Shown one piece after another: positions 25,478 through 36,200 of a stretch of DNA of 47,494 nucleotides (the stretch's first letter is position 1; each line of letters starts with the position of its first letter). The position numbers and the translations under genes were made by a program. Below the pieces are notes generated by a model. That model did no database searches and was not told where the DNA came from. It was given only the letters and a program-made list of their open reading frames with translations. The DNA lies in the sequence record SRR2962707_3475; one strand, 5' to 3'.

Positions 25478-27169
25478 TTGGAAAACAAGCTGAACGGTGC
25501 GGAAACAATGGTGCGGATGCTCGAAGCACATGGCGTACGCCATATCTTCGGGCTTTGTGGCGATACGACATTGCCCTTCTACGATGCAATGCACCTCCTC
25601 AATCACGATATCAAACACGTCCTGACCCGCGATGAGCGGTCCGCCGGATACATGGCGGACGCCTATTCCCGCGTGACCGGCCGGCCCGGCGTCTGCGAAG
25701 GCCCGTCCGGTGGGGGCGCCACCTATATTCTGCCGGGGCTGATCGAGGCCTCGGAAAGTTCCTACGCCATGCTGGGCATCACCACCGACATCTCGGTGGC
25801 GTCGTATGGCAAATACCCGCTGACCGAAGTTGATCAGGAAGCCATGATGCGTCCCCTGACCAAGTGGAACACCGTGATCCGCCGCGCCGATCATATTCCG
25901 CGCATGGTCCGGGCCGCGTTCCGGGCAATGACGACCGGCCGTTCCGGCTCGGCGCACATCGGTCTGCCCTACGATGTCCAGTATGATCCCGTCGACCCGA
26001 CCGATGTCTGGGCCGACAGCAATCTTCACACCTATCCCGCGTACCGCACGTCGCCCGAACAGGACGCCATCGAAGCCGCCGTGGATGCCATTCTGTCGGC
26101 GAAGAAACCGCTCATCGTGTGTGGCGGCGGCATCGTCATTTCGGATGCCATGTCCGAGCTCGACCGTCTTGCGACACGTCTAGACATTGCCGTGGCAACA
26201 TCGATTTCCGGACAGGGGTCGCTGGCCGACACCCATCCGAACGCGCTCGGCGTCGTCGGCTCCAACGGCGGCACCGACCAGACATGGGAAATGATGCTAG
26301 CGGCCGATCTCGTGATTTTCATGGGCTGCCGCGCCGGGTCGACCACGACCGCACGCTGGGAAGCGCCAAGCCCCGGCACACGGATCGTCCACTTCGATTC
26401 CGACCCCATGGTCATCGGCGCCAATTATCCGACGGAAGTCGGCGTCGTCGGCGATCTGCGCAATGCCCTGCGCATGGTGAACGCCGAGCTGGACCGCCGC
26501 AAACAGGGTGAAGCCAGTTTCGGCGGTGCGGCGGCTGTCGCCGACATCAAACGCCGCAAGTTTGAAATCTTCGATGCCATCGCCAACGGCGACGACATGC
26601 CGATCCGCCCCGAACGCGTCATCGCGGCGCTGATGAACGTGTTGCCCGCAGACGCCACGGTGATTTCGGACCCGGGCACGTCTTGCCCGTATTATTCGGC
26701 CTATTACCAGCAGTCGCTGGCCGGGCGATATTTCATCACCAACCGCGCCCATGGCGCGCTGGGGTATTCGCTCTCGGCGGCGCTCGGCGCCTGGTACGGC
26801 CGCAGCGACAGCAAGGTCGTGGCGCTGATGGGTGACGGCTCGTTCGGCTTCACCTGCGGTGAACTGGAAACCGTGTGCCGCTCCAACGCACCGATCACGT
26901 ATGTCGTCTTCTCCAATTCCAACTTCGGGTGGATCAAGGCCAGCCAGATGGCCGACAAGGGATCGCGTTATTACAACGTCGACTTCAACCGCACCGATCA
27001 GGCCGCCGTCGCGGCAGCCTACGGCGTCAAATCATGGAAGGTCGAAAACCCGGCTGATCTTGAGCGTGTCCTCAAGGAAGCCGTTGAGCATGACGGCCCG
27101 ACGCTGGTCGACGTGATGACGCAACCGCTGGAAGAAGCCAACGCACCGGTCCGTCGTTGGATGGGCTGA
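25478..27169 (+). CDS. Thiamine-diphosphate-dependent enzyme (acetolactate synthase large-subunit-like)
   Basis: RDERSAG (conserved Glu) and MGDGSFG...N ThDP motif; TTG start. No small subunit is adjacent, so probably catabolic. Confidence 0.9.
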   Translation: MENKLNGAETMVRMLEAHGVRHIFGLCGDTTLPFYDAMHLLNHDIKHVLTRDERSAGYMADAYSRVTGRPGVCEGPSGGGATYILPGLIEASESSYAMLGITTDISVASYGKYPLTEVDQEAMMRPLTKWNTVIRRADHIPRMVRAAFRAMTTGRSGSAHIGLPYDVQYDPVDPTDVWADSNLHTYPAYRTSPEQDAIEAAVDAILSAKKPLIVCGGGIVISDAMSELDRLATRLDIAVATSISGQGSLADTHPNALGVVGSNGGTDQTWEMMLAADLVIFMGCRAGSTTTARWEAPSPGTRIVHFDSDPMVIGANYPTEVGVVGDLRNALRMVNAELDRRKQGEASFGGAAAVADIKRRKFEIFDAIANGDDMPIRPERVIAALMNVLPADATVISDPGTSCPYYSAYYQQSLAGRYFITNRAHGALGYSLSAALGAWYGRSDSKVVALMGDGSFGFTCGELETVCRSNAPITYVVFSNSNFGWIKASQMADKGSRYYNVDFNRTDQAAVAAAYGVKSWKVENPADLERVLKEAVEHDGPTLVDVMTQPLEEANAPVRRWMG

Positions 27170-27221
27170 CCGCTTAACCCGGGGACCGGACAGCCGGTTT
27201 CGCAAACAGGAGAAACGCGCT

Positions 27222-28454
27222 ATGCAGATCGTGGTCATCGGCGCCGGCATCGTCGGCGTTTCAACGGCCATATGGCTGAAACGATCCGGCCACGAGGTGA
27301 CACTGATCGACCGTGCCGCCCCCGGACAGGGTACGTCCTACGGCAATGCCGGCCTTCTGGCTTCAAGCTCGGTAGCGCCGGTGACGTCGCCCGGTCTGAT
27401 CGGCAAGATTCCCAGCATGCTGTTCAACCCGGAGTTTCCGCTGTTCATGCGCTGGGCGCACCTACCCCGCCTGATGCCGTGGCTGATGCGCTACCTGTCG
27501 CACGCAAACGAAGCCGACACCCGGCGCATCGCCCGCAACCTGGCGCACATCGTCACCGACACCATCGAGCAGCACAAAGCCATTGCCGGCGGCACCCCCG
27601 CCGAAAAATGGATCCACGACTGCGATTACAAATTCGCCTACCAGAGCCGTGCTGCGTTCGAATCCGAAGCCTTCACCTGGGCCCTGCGCCGCGAAGCCGG
27701 CTTCGACCCCGAGATCATCGAGGGCGAAGCGATCCGCGAACTGGACCCGGCGCTGGGACCGTCGATCAAGTGTATCGCGATGATGAAGAACCACGGCTTT
27801 ATCAGCGATCCCGGCAACTATGTCGCCGATCTCGCCAAGGTTTTCGAAAATGAAGGCGGCCGCGTCGTTATGGCTTCGGTTGAGGATTTTGAACTCACGG
27901 ACGGCAAGATTGCCGCCGTTCTCAGCACGGCCGGACGTTTCGAGTGCGGCCATGCCGTACTGACCACGGGCGTGTGGTCAAAGCCGCTGATGAAAAAACT
28001 CGGCCTCAACGTGCCTTTGGAAACCGAACGCGGATATCACATCGTTTTCCGCAATCCGTCGGTCAAACCCCGGACCCCAACCATGATCGCCGCCGGAAAA
28101 TTCGTCGCCACCCCGATGGCGGCGGGTCTCAGGTGTGCCGGTGTGTTGGAGTTCGGCGGTCTTGATGACGATAAGTCGGACGCCCCGCTCAAATTACTGC
28201 GCAAGAAAGTGATGGAAGCCTTCCCGACGCTGACGGCGTCCGAGGAAGATACCTGGCTCGGCCACCGTCCGGCCCCGTCGGACAGTCTGCCGCTGATCGG
28301 TGAAGTCCGCAACACGGGGATCTACACGGCATTCGGCCATCATCACATCGGCCTGACCGGCGGTCCGAAAAGCGGCCGCATGATCGCGCAGATGATTTCC
28401 GGCGAACCCGGTAACGTCGACCCCGCACCTTTTGATCCGAACCGGTTTTCCTGA
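27222..28454 (+). CDS. FAD-dependent D-amino acid dehydrogenase / oxidase family protein
   Basis: GAGIVG, TSYGNAG, ERGYH, WLGHRP and FGHHHIGLT motifs. Confidence 0.9.
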   Translation: MQIVVIGAGIVGVSTAIWLKRSGHEVTLIDRAAPGQGTSYGNAGLLASSSVAPVTSPGLIGKIPSMLFNPEFPLFMRWAHLPRLMPWLMRYLSHANEADTRRIARNLAHIVTDTIEQHKAIAGGTPAEKWIHDCDYKFAYQSRAAFESEAFTWALRREAGFDPEIIEGEAIRELDPALGPSIKCIAMMKNHGFISDPGNYVADLAKVFENEGGRVVMASVEDFELTDGKIAAVLSTAGRFECGHAVLTTGVWSKPLMKKLGLNVPLETERGYHIVFRNPSVKPRTPTMIAAGKFVATPMAAGLRCAGVLEFGGLDDDKSDAPLKLLRKKVMEAFPTLTASEEDTWLGHRPAPSDSLPLIGEVRNTGIYTAFGHHHIGLTGGPKSGRMIAQMISGEPGNVDPAPFDPNRFS

Positions 28455-28486
28455 TCAACGGGGATACAAACCGCCGTTATACATGA

Positions 28487-29977
28487 TCATTCTCTGGCGT
28501 GGTTGGGACGAATTCTCAGGAAGTAGACGAACATCACCGTCAGCAGCAACAGGCCGATACTGATCGGGCTTGAGACGAAGACCAGCGGGTTCAGCTCGCT
28601 GGTGATCAGGGCCCGGCGCATGTATTCCTCGAGATACGGACCAAGAATAATCCCCATCAGCATCGGGACCAGCGGATAGGACATGACCCGCAGCAGATAG
28701 GCGAAGACCCCGATCCCCAGCGCCATCCACATCTGCACCACGGAATACGACGAGGCAAAAGTGCCGACCATCGAGACCATGGCGATGAAAGCATACAGCA
28801 CGCCCCGGTTCAGCTGGGCGATCCGCATGTAATACGGCCCGAACATAATCACCGAGATAAAGACAAAGCTTGCGGCAACGAACAGGGCCGCGAACATCGG
28901 CGCAATTGTGTGCAGCTCCGTCGTCAAAAGCCCCGGCCCCGGGACAAGACCGTGGATCAGCAGCACGCCGAAGATGATCGCCGTCACCGAATCCCCCGGA
29001 ATACCGAGCGTCAACAACGGCACCACGGCGCCGCCGCACATGGCGTTGTTGGCTGCTTCGGATGCGGCCAGACCCTCGTGTGAGCCGTTGCCGTATTTTT
29101 CAGGTTCCTTGGTCACACGTTTGGCTTCGGCGTAGGCAATGAAGGAAGCCATCGACGCGCCGCCACCGGGCAGCATGCCGACCAGCACGCCGATCACCGA
29201 ACTTTTGACGTATGTGATAAAACCGACCTCGCGGATTTCCTTCAGCGTCGGAATGAAATCCCGGTGCCGGGGTTTGAAATCTGCAGCGATCGACATCCCT
29301 TTCGCAACCGGACCGCCCTGAACCAGAAGCTCACACACGGCAAACAGGCCGATCACGGCGGGCAGTAATTGCACGCCTTCAATCAGGTGATAGCTGCCGA
29401 AATCGAAACGCCCCATCGCCACCATGTTGTCGAAACCGACAGTGGAAACCATGATGCCAAGCGTAATCGAAGCCAGCCCCCGCCAGATCGATCCTTTGGC
29501 GACAATGACCACACTCACGACGGCCATGAACACCAGGGCGAATTTATCCGGGGTCTGGAACAGCAGGGCAAACTGGCTCATCGGCACGGCGATGAACATC
29601 AAAACAATGGCACCCAGCATGCCGCCGATGCTCGACGCAAATGCATCCAGGCCAAGCGCTTTCGCCCCGTGCCCGCGTTTCATCAGCGGGTGGCCTTCCA
29701 TCGTCGTGATGGCGCCCGACGGTGCGCCGGGGATGTTGACGATGATCCCGGTAACGCTACCGGCGTAGATCCCGGCCATGAAAATACCCATGACCATCAC
29801 CAATGCGTCCGTCAACTGCATGGCGAATGTAAAGGGCAGCAGCAGGGCAACAGCCAAGGTTGCGGTCAGACCGGGAATGGCACCAAACACCAGCCCCATC
29901 AAAAATCCGGCGACCAGACACAGAAAGGTCACAGGGTTTGTCAGTGCGGTAAAGCCGGAGAGGACCTCGAAGCTCAT
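28487..29977 (-). CDS. tctA: Tripartite tricarboxylate transporter large permease
   Basis: GAIPGL, NIPGAP, EAANNA and LGIPGD...HGLVPGP canonical motifs. Confidence 0.93.
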   Translation of the reverse strand: MSFEVLSGFTALTNPVTFLCLVAGFLMGLVFGAIPGLTATLAVALLLPFTFAMQLTDALVMVMGIFMAGIYAGSVTGIIVNIPGAPSGAITTMEGHPLMKRGHGAKALGLDAFASSIGGMLGAIVLMFIAVPMSQFALLFQTPDKFALVFMAVVSVVIVAKGSIWRGLASITLGIMVSTVGFDNMVAMGRFDFGSYHLIEGVQLLPAVIGLFAVCELLVQGGPVAKGMSIAADFKPRHRDFIPTLKEIREVGFITYVKSSVIGVLVGMLPGGGASMASFIAYAEAKRVTKEPEKYGNGSHEGLAASEAANNAMCGGAVVPLLTLGIPGDSVTAIIFGVLLIHGLVPGPGLLTTELHTIAPMFAALFVAASFVFISVIMFGPYYMRIAQLNRGVLYAFIAMVSMVGTFASSYSVVQMWMALGIGVFAYLLRVMSYPLVPMLMGIILGPYLEEYMRRALITSELNPLVFVSSPISIGLLLLTVMFVYFLRIRPNHARE

Positions 29978-29978
29978 A

Positions 29979-30479
29979 TCAGAAAATTCCCTCTGTGATT
30001 CCGGCGGGCAGTGACAGCCCGAATAGGGTCATAAAGAAAAGCCATCCGGCCGCGGTGACCCCGGCGGCGATACAACTGGACGTCAGCAGAGAGAACGGCA
30101 GTGAAATTTCACGCTCGCGCTCGAAAAGCCAGGCAATCGTGCCGGTGTAAAGAAATGTTGCAATCCAGTAGCCCAAAGGCGCGAAAGCCCAGACGAACAA
30201 GACCGTGGCCAGAATCAGCACGATGCTGCGCGGGGCAATTTTAACGCTGCGGTCGACTTCTTTTGCATCTTCTTCGGAAACCGTATCGGCAAGTTCCTGC
30301 CACAGGATCCGGACACAGGAGACAAATAAAATGAGTGAAAGAATAATCGGCAGGAATGCCGGGCCAGGTTCGCCAAGCTGGAAGGGACGCGGGAGGCTCA
30401 TCGCCTGGGCGAAATACCCGACATCCAGAATAATCAGAAAGAGAGCGAACAGCGCTTGGCGGTTCATCTTTGAAATCAT
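29979..30479 (-). CDS. tctB: Tripartite tricarboxylate transporter small subunit
   Basis: PGPAFLP and C-terminal FGLSLPAG; 4-5 TM segments; start uncertain (30479 or 30467). Confidence 0.85.
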   Translation of the reverse strand: MISKMNRQALFALFLIILDVGYFAQAMSLPRPFQLGEPGPAFLPIILSLILFVSCVRILWQELADTVSEEDAKEVDRSVKIAPRSIVLILATVLFVWAFAPLGYWIATFLYTGTIAWLFEREREISLPFSLLTSSCIAAGVTAAGWLFFMTLFGLSLPAGITEGIF

Positions 30480-30508
30480 GGCTGAAAAAATACCACCCTT
30501 GTAAGAGA

Positions 30509-30538
30509 ACACCAGGCCGGGGTTGGTCGGCCTGGTGT
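30509..30538. terminator. Intercistronic stem-loop between tctC and tctB (terminator or mRNA stabiliser)
   Basis: ACACCAGGCCG-N8-CGGCCTGGTGT, 11-bp perfect stem, weak U tract on the minus strand. Confidence 0.6.
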
Positions 30539-30576
30539 CTCCACTATATCAAACTGAGCTTAAGTCCGTCCTGCAC

Positions 30577-31563
30577 TTACTTCGCAAGCAGACCCTGGCT
30601 CGCCAGTTTATCCAGCATCTTCGTCGCCCGCTCACGGGTACGCTTCACATATGCTTCGGTTTCGGTGGCATCCAACCAGAAAGCATTCATGCCGGTTTTC
30701 TTGGCTTTGGCCTGGAACTCGGCATTATCAAACGCGGCTTTCAGACCGGCGGTCAGTTTAGCCTGAATATCCTTCGGCGTTTCTGCGGGCACAGCAACAA
30801 CGCGCATACCGCCCCAGATCACGTCATAACCGAGTTCCTTGAACGTCGGGACGTCGGGAATGCTCGGGTCGCGTTCTTCGGAGGTCACGGCAAGGACACG
30901 GACCTGACCGGCATCAACAGCCGAGGAAACGGTGGCATAGCTGACGCTGGCCAGTTCGTTTTCGCCGGACAGCAGCGCTTCACGCTGCGGTGCGGATCCG
31001 TTCGGGAACGGGATGTGGTTGACTTCGATCCCCATGGACTCGGTCATGTCGAGCGCATGCAGGTGCCAGATACCACCGGTCCCGGAGTTGGAGACCTTGT
31101 ATTTGCCCGGGTTCGCCTTGGCGTCCTTGATGAAATCAGCAAGCGTCTTCCACGGCATTTTGGCGTTCACGGCCAGAACCGTCGGGTAAAGCGTCACGGT
31201 AGCAAGATAGCTCAGCGCGTTCATGTCATAACCGGGTACGATTTTCTTGTAAGGCACCGTGATCATGCTGTCCCAGGTCAGCGTACCGATCGTGTACCCG
31301 TCCGGGCGCGAGCGCATCAGCTTCATCGTGCCGACGCCGCTCTGGGCACCGGTAACGTTCTGCGTGCGAATAGCTACGCCAAGGGGTTCTTCGGCATAAT
31401 GCAGGAAGGTCCGCATCACCGTATCCGTACCGCCACCGGCACTCCACGGCATGATGTGGTTGATATCCTTCGACGGAAAATCGGCAGCGGACACGGTCAT
31501 CGTGCCGGCCACCAGCACCGCAGCGCCCATCAAGGCCGCTTTGAGGTTCTGTTTAAGTCCCAT
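30577..31563 (-). CDS. tctC: Tripartite tricarboxylate transporter binding protein (Bug/TctC)
   Basis: Signal peptide, PWSAGGGTD, PDGYTIG, SGTGGIWHL and PDVPTFKELG motifs; GAGG RBS before MGLKQ. Confidence 0.93.
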   Translation of the reverse strand: MGLKQNLKAALMGAAVLVAGTMTVSAADFPSKDINHIMPWSAGGGTDTVMRTFLHYAEEPLGVAIRTQNVTGAQSGVGTMKLMRSRPDGYTIGTLTWDSMITVPYKKIVPGYDMNALSYLATVTLYPTVLAVNAKMPWKTLADFIKDAKANPGKYKVSNSGTGGIWHLHALDMTESMGIEVNHIPFPNGSAPQREALLSGENELASVSYATVSSAVDAGQVRVLAVTSEERDPSIPDVPTFKELGYDVIWGGMRVVAVPAETPKDIQAKLTAGLKAAFDNAEFQAKAKKTGMNAFWLDATETEAYVKRTRERATKMLDKLASQGLLAK

Positions 31564-31673
31564 AATAAGTAATCCTCTCTGTCCCTTTGAAAATCTGAAA
31601 GGCCGTGCACTCGGACGATCGTGCATTCAGGCCTTTGGGCCGTGTGCTTTTTGATCAGCATTCAACCCGATAA

Positions 31674-31689
31674 AGTTTGCATGCAAACT
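31674..31689. promoter_or_regulatory. Perfect 16-bp palindrome AGTTTGCATGCAAACT, candidate operator
   Basis: Self-complementary; about 110 bp upstream of tctC; near copy at 25407-25420. Confidence 0.6.
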
Positions 31690-32024
31690 GTTATACATAT
31701 CGGAATGCATTGCAATCCCTTTCAAGGCAAAAATATTGCAGGTGCGAGAATGCAGCGGTTTCCTGGTGCTGAAGGACACTATTCCGTCCCCTGCCGGTGA
31801 CCTTCCTCAGCCTGTCACCGGCGCCGCTCCAACGCACGATGCGTCATGGCTTACAGGCATACATTATCATGCCGTCCCGGCCATTGCTTCAGGGAAATAT
31901 CCCCGCTTCGCCGGTTGCACTCCCCGGCCATATCGCCTATCGAATGGCAACGCCGGAGACTACCCCGGCCCCACTTCAGCCACCTGCCTTTTAAGGCTTC
32001 CGGCAAGACGCTGTGTAAGGAACC

Positions 32025-33248
32025 ATGTCCAGAATTGCCGTGATCGGCGCCGGGGTAACCGGCGTCACGACCGCATACGAATTGGCCCGGCGTAATCACG
32101 AGGTCTGCGTTTTCGATGCCCGTGAAGGCGCGGCCATGGAAACATCGTTTGCCAACGGCGGGCAGATTTCCGCATCAAACGCCGAAGTGTGGAACACCTG
32201 GCCGATGATCCGGACGGCGCTCGGCACGCTTTTGCGCCATGACGCCCCGCTGCGGATCAACCCGCGTCCCGATCTACACAAGATCAGCTGGTTTGCCGGG
32301 TTCTTCCGTGCCGGACTCAACCACCGGCGCAACACGCTCGAGCTTGCGGAAATGGCCATCAAGAGCCGCGCCGCGCTCCGCGACATCGCCCGGCGTGAAG
32401 ACATCCGTTTCGACATGAACGAGTGCGGGCTTTTGCATGTCTACCGGACACCGCAGCAGTTCGACATTGCGTGCCGGGCGAACGAACTTCTGAACCGTGC
32501 CGGGCTGGAACGCTATGCCGTCAGCGCCGGGGATATCAGCCGGATCGAACCCGCGCTCGCCGGTGACTATGCCGCCGGACTGTTTACACCGGATGATTTC
32601 GCCGGGGATATCCATGCCTTTACGCGCGGACTCGCCGATATCTGCCTCTCACGCGGCGTGACGTTTCATCTCGGCCACCGCGTGACTGGTCTTGAGACCG
32701 GCGCCGGAAAAATCCGCATCCGGCACGCCCCTGTGGAAACCCCTGATGATGCAAGACTGTCGGATTTCGAGCGGATCGTGATCTGTGCCGGTGTCGGCTC
32801 ACGCCGCCTCGCGCAACTGGCGGGTGACTGCGTCAATGTCTATCCGGTGAAAGGCTATTCCCTGACCATCGACATCCCCACTGATCAGCCGCCGTCCGCC
32901 GCCCCCATGGTCTGTTTGCTTGATGAAGAGGCGAAGATCGTTACCAGCCGTCTCGGCAACCGCCTGCGCATTGCCGGTCTGGCCGAATTCAACGGTGCGG
33001 ACAAAAACATTGATCCGCACAGGGCGGCCATCCTGTCGCACTGGTGCCGGGAACATTTTCCCCGGCTAGACCAGGGCAATATCGAATACTGGACCGGCCT
33101 GCGCCCGATGATGCCGCGCATGGTCCCGAAGATCGGCCGGGGCAAGCATGCGAACGTGTTCTACAATACCGGACACGGCCATCTAGGCTGGACGTTATCT
33201 GCCGGAAGCGCGGCACGGATCGCCGACATCATCGACGCGGCTGCGTAA
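32025..33248 (+). CDS. dadA: D-amino acid dehydrogenase
   Basis: GAGVTG, METSFANGGQIS, YPVKGYS, WTGLRPM and NTGHGHLGWT motifs. Confidence 0.88.
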   Translation: MSRIAVIGAGVTGVTTAYELARRNHEVCVFDAREGAAMETSFANGGQISASNAEVWNTWPMIRTALGTLLRHDAPLRINPRPDLHKISWFAGFFRAGLNHRRNTLELAEMAIKSRAALRDIARREDIRFDMNECGLLHVYRTPQQFDIACRANELLNRAGLERYAVSAGDISRIEPALAGDYAAGLFTPDDFAGDIHAFTRGLADICLSRGVTFHLGHRVTGLETGAGKIRIRHAPVETPDDARLSDFERIVICAGVGSRRLAQLAGDCVNVYPVKGYSLTIDIPTDQPPSAAPMVCLLDEEAKIVTSRLGNRLRIAGLAEFNGADKNIDPHRAAILSHWCREHFPRLDQGNIEYWTGLRPMMPRMVPKIGRGKHANVFYNTGHGHLGWTLSAGSAARIADIIDAAA

Positions 33249-33249
33249 A

Positions 33250-36200
33250 TCAGCCGCTGACCTCACCCAGCAACGCGGCGTTACCGCCCGCCGCCGTGGT
33301 ATCGATGCAGATGCTCTGCTCCTGGAAATAGGCGCATGACGGCCCCGGTGACGTCACCAACGGAATCAGCACACCGTCCCGCGCCGCCAGCACCTTGCGG
33401 TAACCGCGGGCTACGTCGGCTTCCGCCCACAACGCCACCGCGTCAATGCCGTCCACTTCGGCGATGCTCGATGCGGCAACAACCCCATCGAGGCATTTGA
33501 CCCGCGCGCCGTATTCGGCGAACGCGCTTTTAAGGGATGCCGCATCGGGCGTCGCGATCAGCACGCTACAGCCGAAGGTCAAGGCGGCTTCCGCCTGCCG
33601 GGCGGCGGCGTCGTTGCCGGGTCCCAGGCACAACACGACACCGCGCGGGTGCATGATCAGCCGGTTTTCCTCGCCGGTCGGACCGGGCAGGACCAGCGCC
33701 TTTTCAATCGGCGTGCGGTTGGGAACCGCCAGACCGTCGAGTGCCGACGTCAATGCCGCGGCCGATATCTCCGCGCCGGACGGCATTGCCGCTTCGGTCT
33801 CTTCCGTCGCCGCGAAGCGTTTCAGATAATTCGGGCCGCCGGCCTTGGGACCGGTGCCGGACAATCCTTCGCCGCCGAACGGCTGGGATTCGACAATCGC
33901 GCCGATCTGGTTCCGGTTGATATAGACGTTGCCCGCATGAATGCGTTGGGTGACGTCCGACACGCGCCGGTCGATCCGGGTCTGCAGGCCGAACGTCAGC
34001 CCATAACCCGAACCATTCACGGCATCGATCACTTTGTTGATGTCTTCACCCTCGAAGGTCGCGATGTGCAGAATGGGACCGAAGATTTCTTCCGTCATGT
34101 CCGCCATGCCGTCGACGGCGATCACGGATGGCGCCATGAAATACCCGTCTGTCGGCACGTCGCAGCGCTTCAACAGGCGCCCGTCGTTTTCCGCAGCCGT
34201 GACATACGCACCGATCTTGTCCTGCGCATCTGCGTTGATCAGCGGCCCGATATCGGTCGAGAAATCGGCCGGATCACCGACATGCAGTTCATCCATGGCC
34301 CCGAACAGCATGGTCTTCACGGTCTCGTAAACATCTTCCTGAACATACAGAAGCCTGAGCGCCGAACAGCGCTGGCCCGCGCTCTGGAACGACGACGCGA
34401 TCACGTCCCGCACCACCTGTTCCGGCAGCGCCGTGGAATCCACGATCATCGCATTGAGACCGCCGGTCTCGGCGATCAACGGCGCCCCGGGCGCCATATG
34501 CTCGGCCATTGCCCTGTTGATCCGCTGGGCGGTCGCCGTTGAGCCGGTGAAGCAGACCCCGTCGATCCTGGGATCGGATGTTAGCGCCGTACCGACAACG
34601 CTGCCCTGGCCCGGCAGCAATTGCAGGGCCGCCGCCGGCAGCCCCGCTTCATGAAACAGCTCAACGGCACGGGCCGCGATCAGGGTGGTGGTCTCCGCCG
34701 GTTTGGTGAGGACCGCATTACCAAGCGCCAGCGCGGCAGCGATCTGTCCGGTGAAAATCGCCAGCGGGAAGTTCCATGGCGAGATACACGTGAACACGCC
34801 CCGTGCTTTCAATTCCGGCGCCGCCGCCGCCTGCATCGCATAATAGCGCAGGAAGTCGACCGCCTCGCGGATTTCGGCGATGCAATCCGGGAGCGTCTTG
34901 CCGGCTTCGAGCGCCAAAAGCGCACAGAATTCCGGCGTATGGGTTTCGTACAGATCGGCAACTTTCCGCAGCACGTCCGCCCGGGCAGAGACGTCTTCCG
35001 CCGACCAGGCTTGGTGGCCGCGGCGGGCACTTTTCAGGGCAGTCTCGATATCCGCCGGTGCACTTTCGATCACCTCACCGATCACATGATCCGGTTTATG
35101 GGGCATGCTCACCGAGCGCTTTTCGGCCCCCTTGGCTTTGCCGTCGATCATCGGTGCGGCCTGCCATGTCTTGTCCATGAAAGCGCCGCGCTGCTGCAAG
35201 AGTGTGTCCAGCGTCCGGGGATCGAGAAAATCATAGCCCCGTGAGTTGACCCGCCCCGACGGATAGATATTGGCCGGTTTCGGAATTTTCGTATTCGACG
35301 CGTAAGATTTCTGCGCCGCTGCGGCAAAAGGATCGGCGGCGATTTCAGAGCTTGGCACGTCGTAATCCGCCATCTGATTGACGAACGAGGAATTGGCGCC
35401 GTTCTCGAGCAGTCTGCGCACCAGATAGGCCAGCAGATCGCGATGCGCCCCGACGGGGGCATAGATCCGGCAGCGCGTGCCGTTTTTCTTTTTCACGGTT
35501 TCATGCAGCGCTTCGCCCATGCCGTGCAGGCGCTGGAATTCGTATTCGTCCGTATCCAGCCTGGCCTCCTTGGCGAGATGCAGGATCGCCGTCGCCGAAT
35601 GCGCGTTATGCGTGGCGAACTGCGGATAGATGCGATCCGCCATGCCCACCAGCTTGCGGGCGCAGGCGATATAGGAAATGTCGGAATGCACCTTACGGGT
35701 GAAGACCGGAAAGTCCTCGATCCCCAGCACCTGCGAGCGCTTGATTTCCGTATCCCAATAGGCCCCTTTGACCAGACGCACCATGATCCGGCGGTCATGC
35801 ATATTCGCAAGCGCGTAGAGCCAGTCGAGAACAAGTGCGGCACGCTTGCCATAGGCCTGCACGACGATGCCGATCCCCTCCCACGCCGCAAACGTCGGAT
35901 CGGAGACCAGGGCCTCGATCACGTCCAGCGACACGTCCAGACGCTCGGCTTCTTCGGCATCGATGTTGAGGCCGATCCCCGCTTCATGGGCAATCAGCGC
36001 AAGACTGCGCAGCCGTTCGATCAGCGTCGGCAGCATCAGTGACTTCTGGGTCGTTTCATAACGCGGATGAAGCGCCGACAGCTTGACGGAAATACCCGGA
36101 TTGCGGCGCACGTCGGTGCCCTCGGCGGCGGCGGCAATGGTCCGGATCGCATGGCTGTAGGCATCCAGGTAACGCAGCGCATCCTTGTCGGTACGCGCCG

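Noticed and set aside
25478-27169. Biosynthetic acetolactate synthase (ilvB/ilvI)
   Set aside because: No ilvH/ilvN or ilvC nearby, and the N-terminal motif diverges (GLCGDT).
31736-32095. 119-aa ORF upstream of dadA
   Set aside because: No RBS or family motif, overlaps the dadA start out of frame, and overlapping short ORFs in several frames look equally random.
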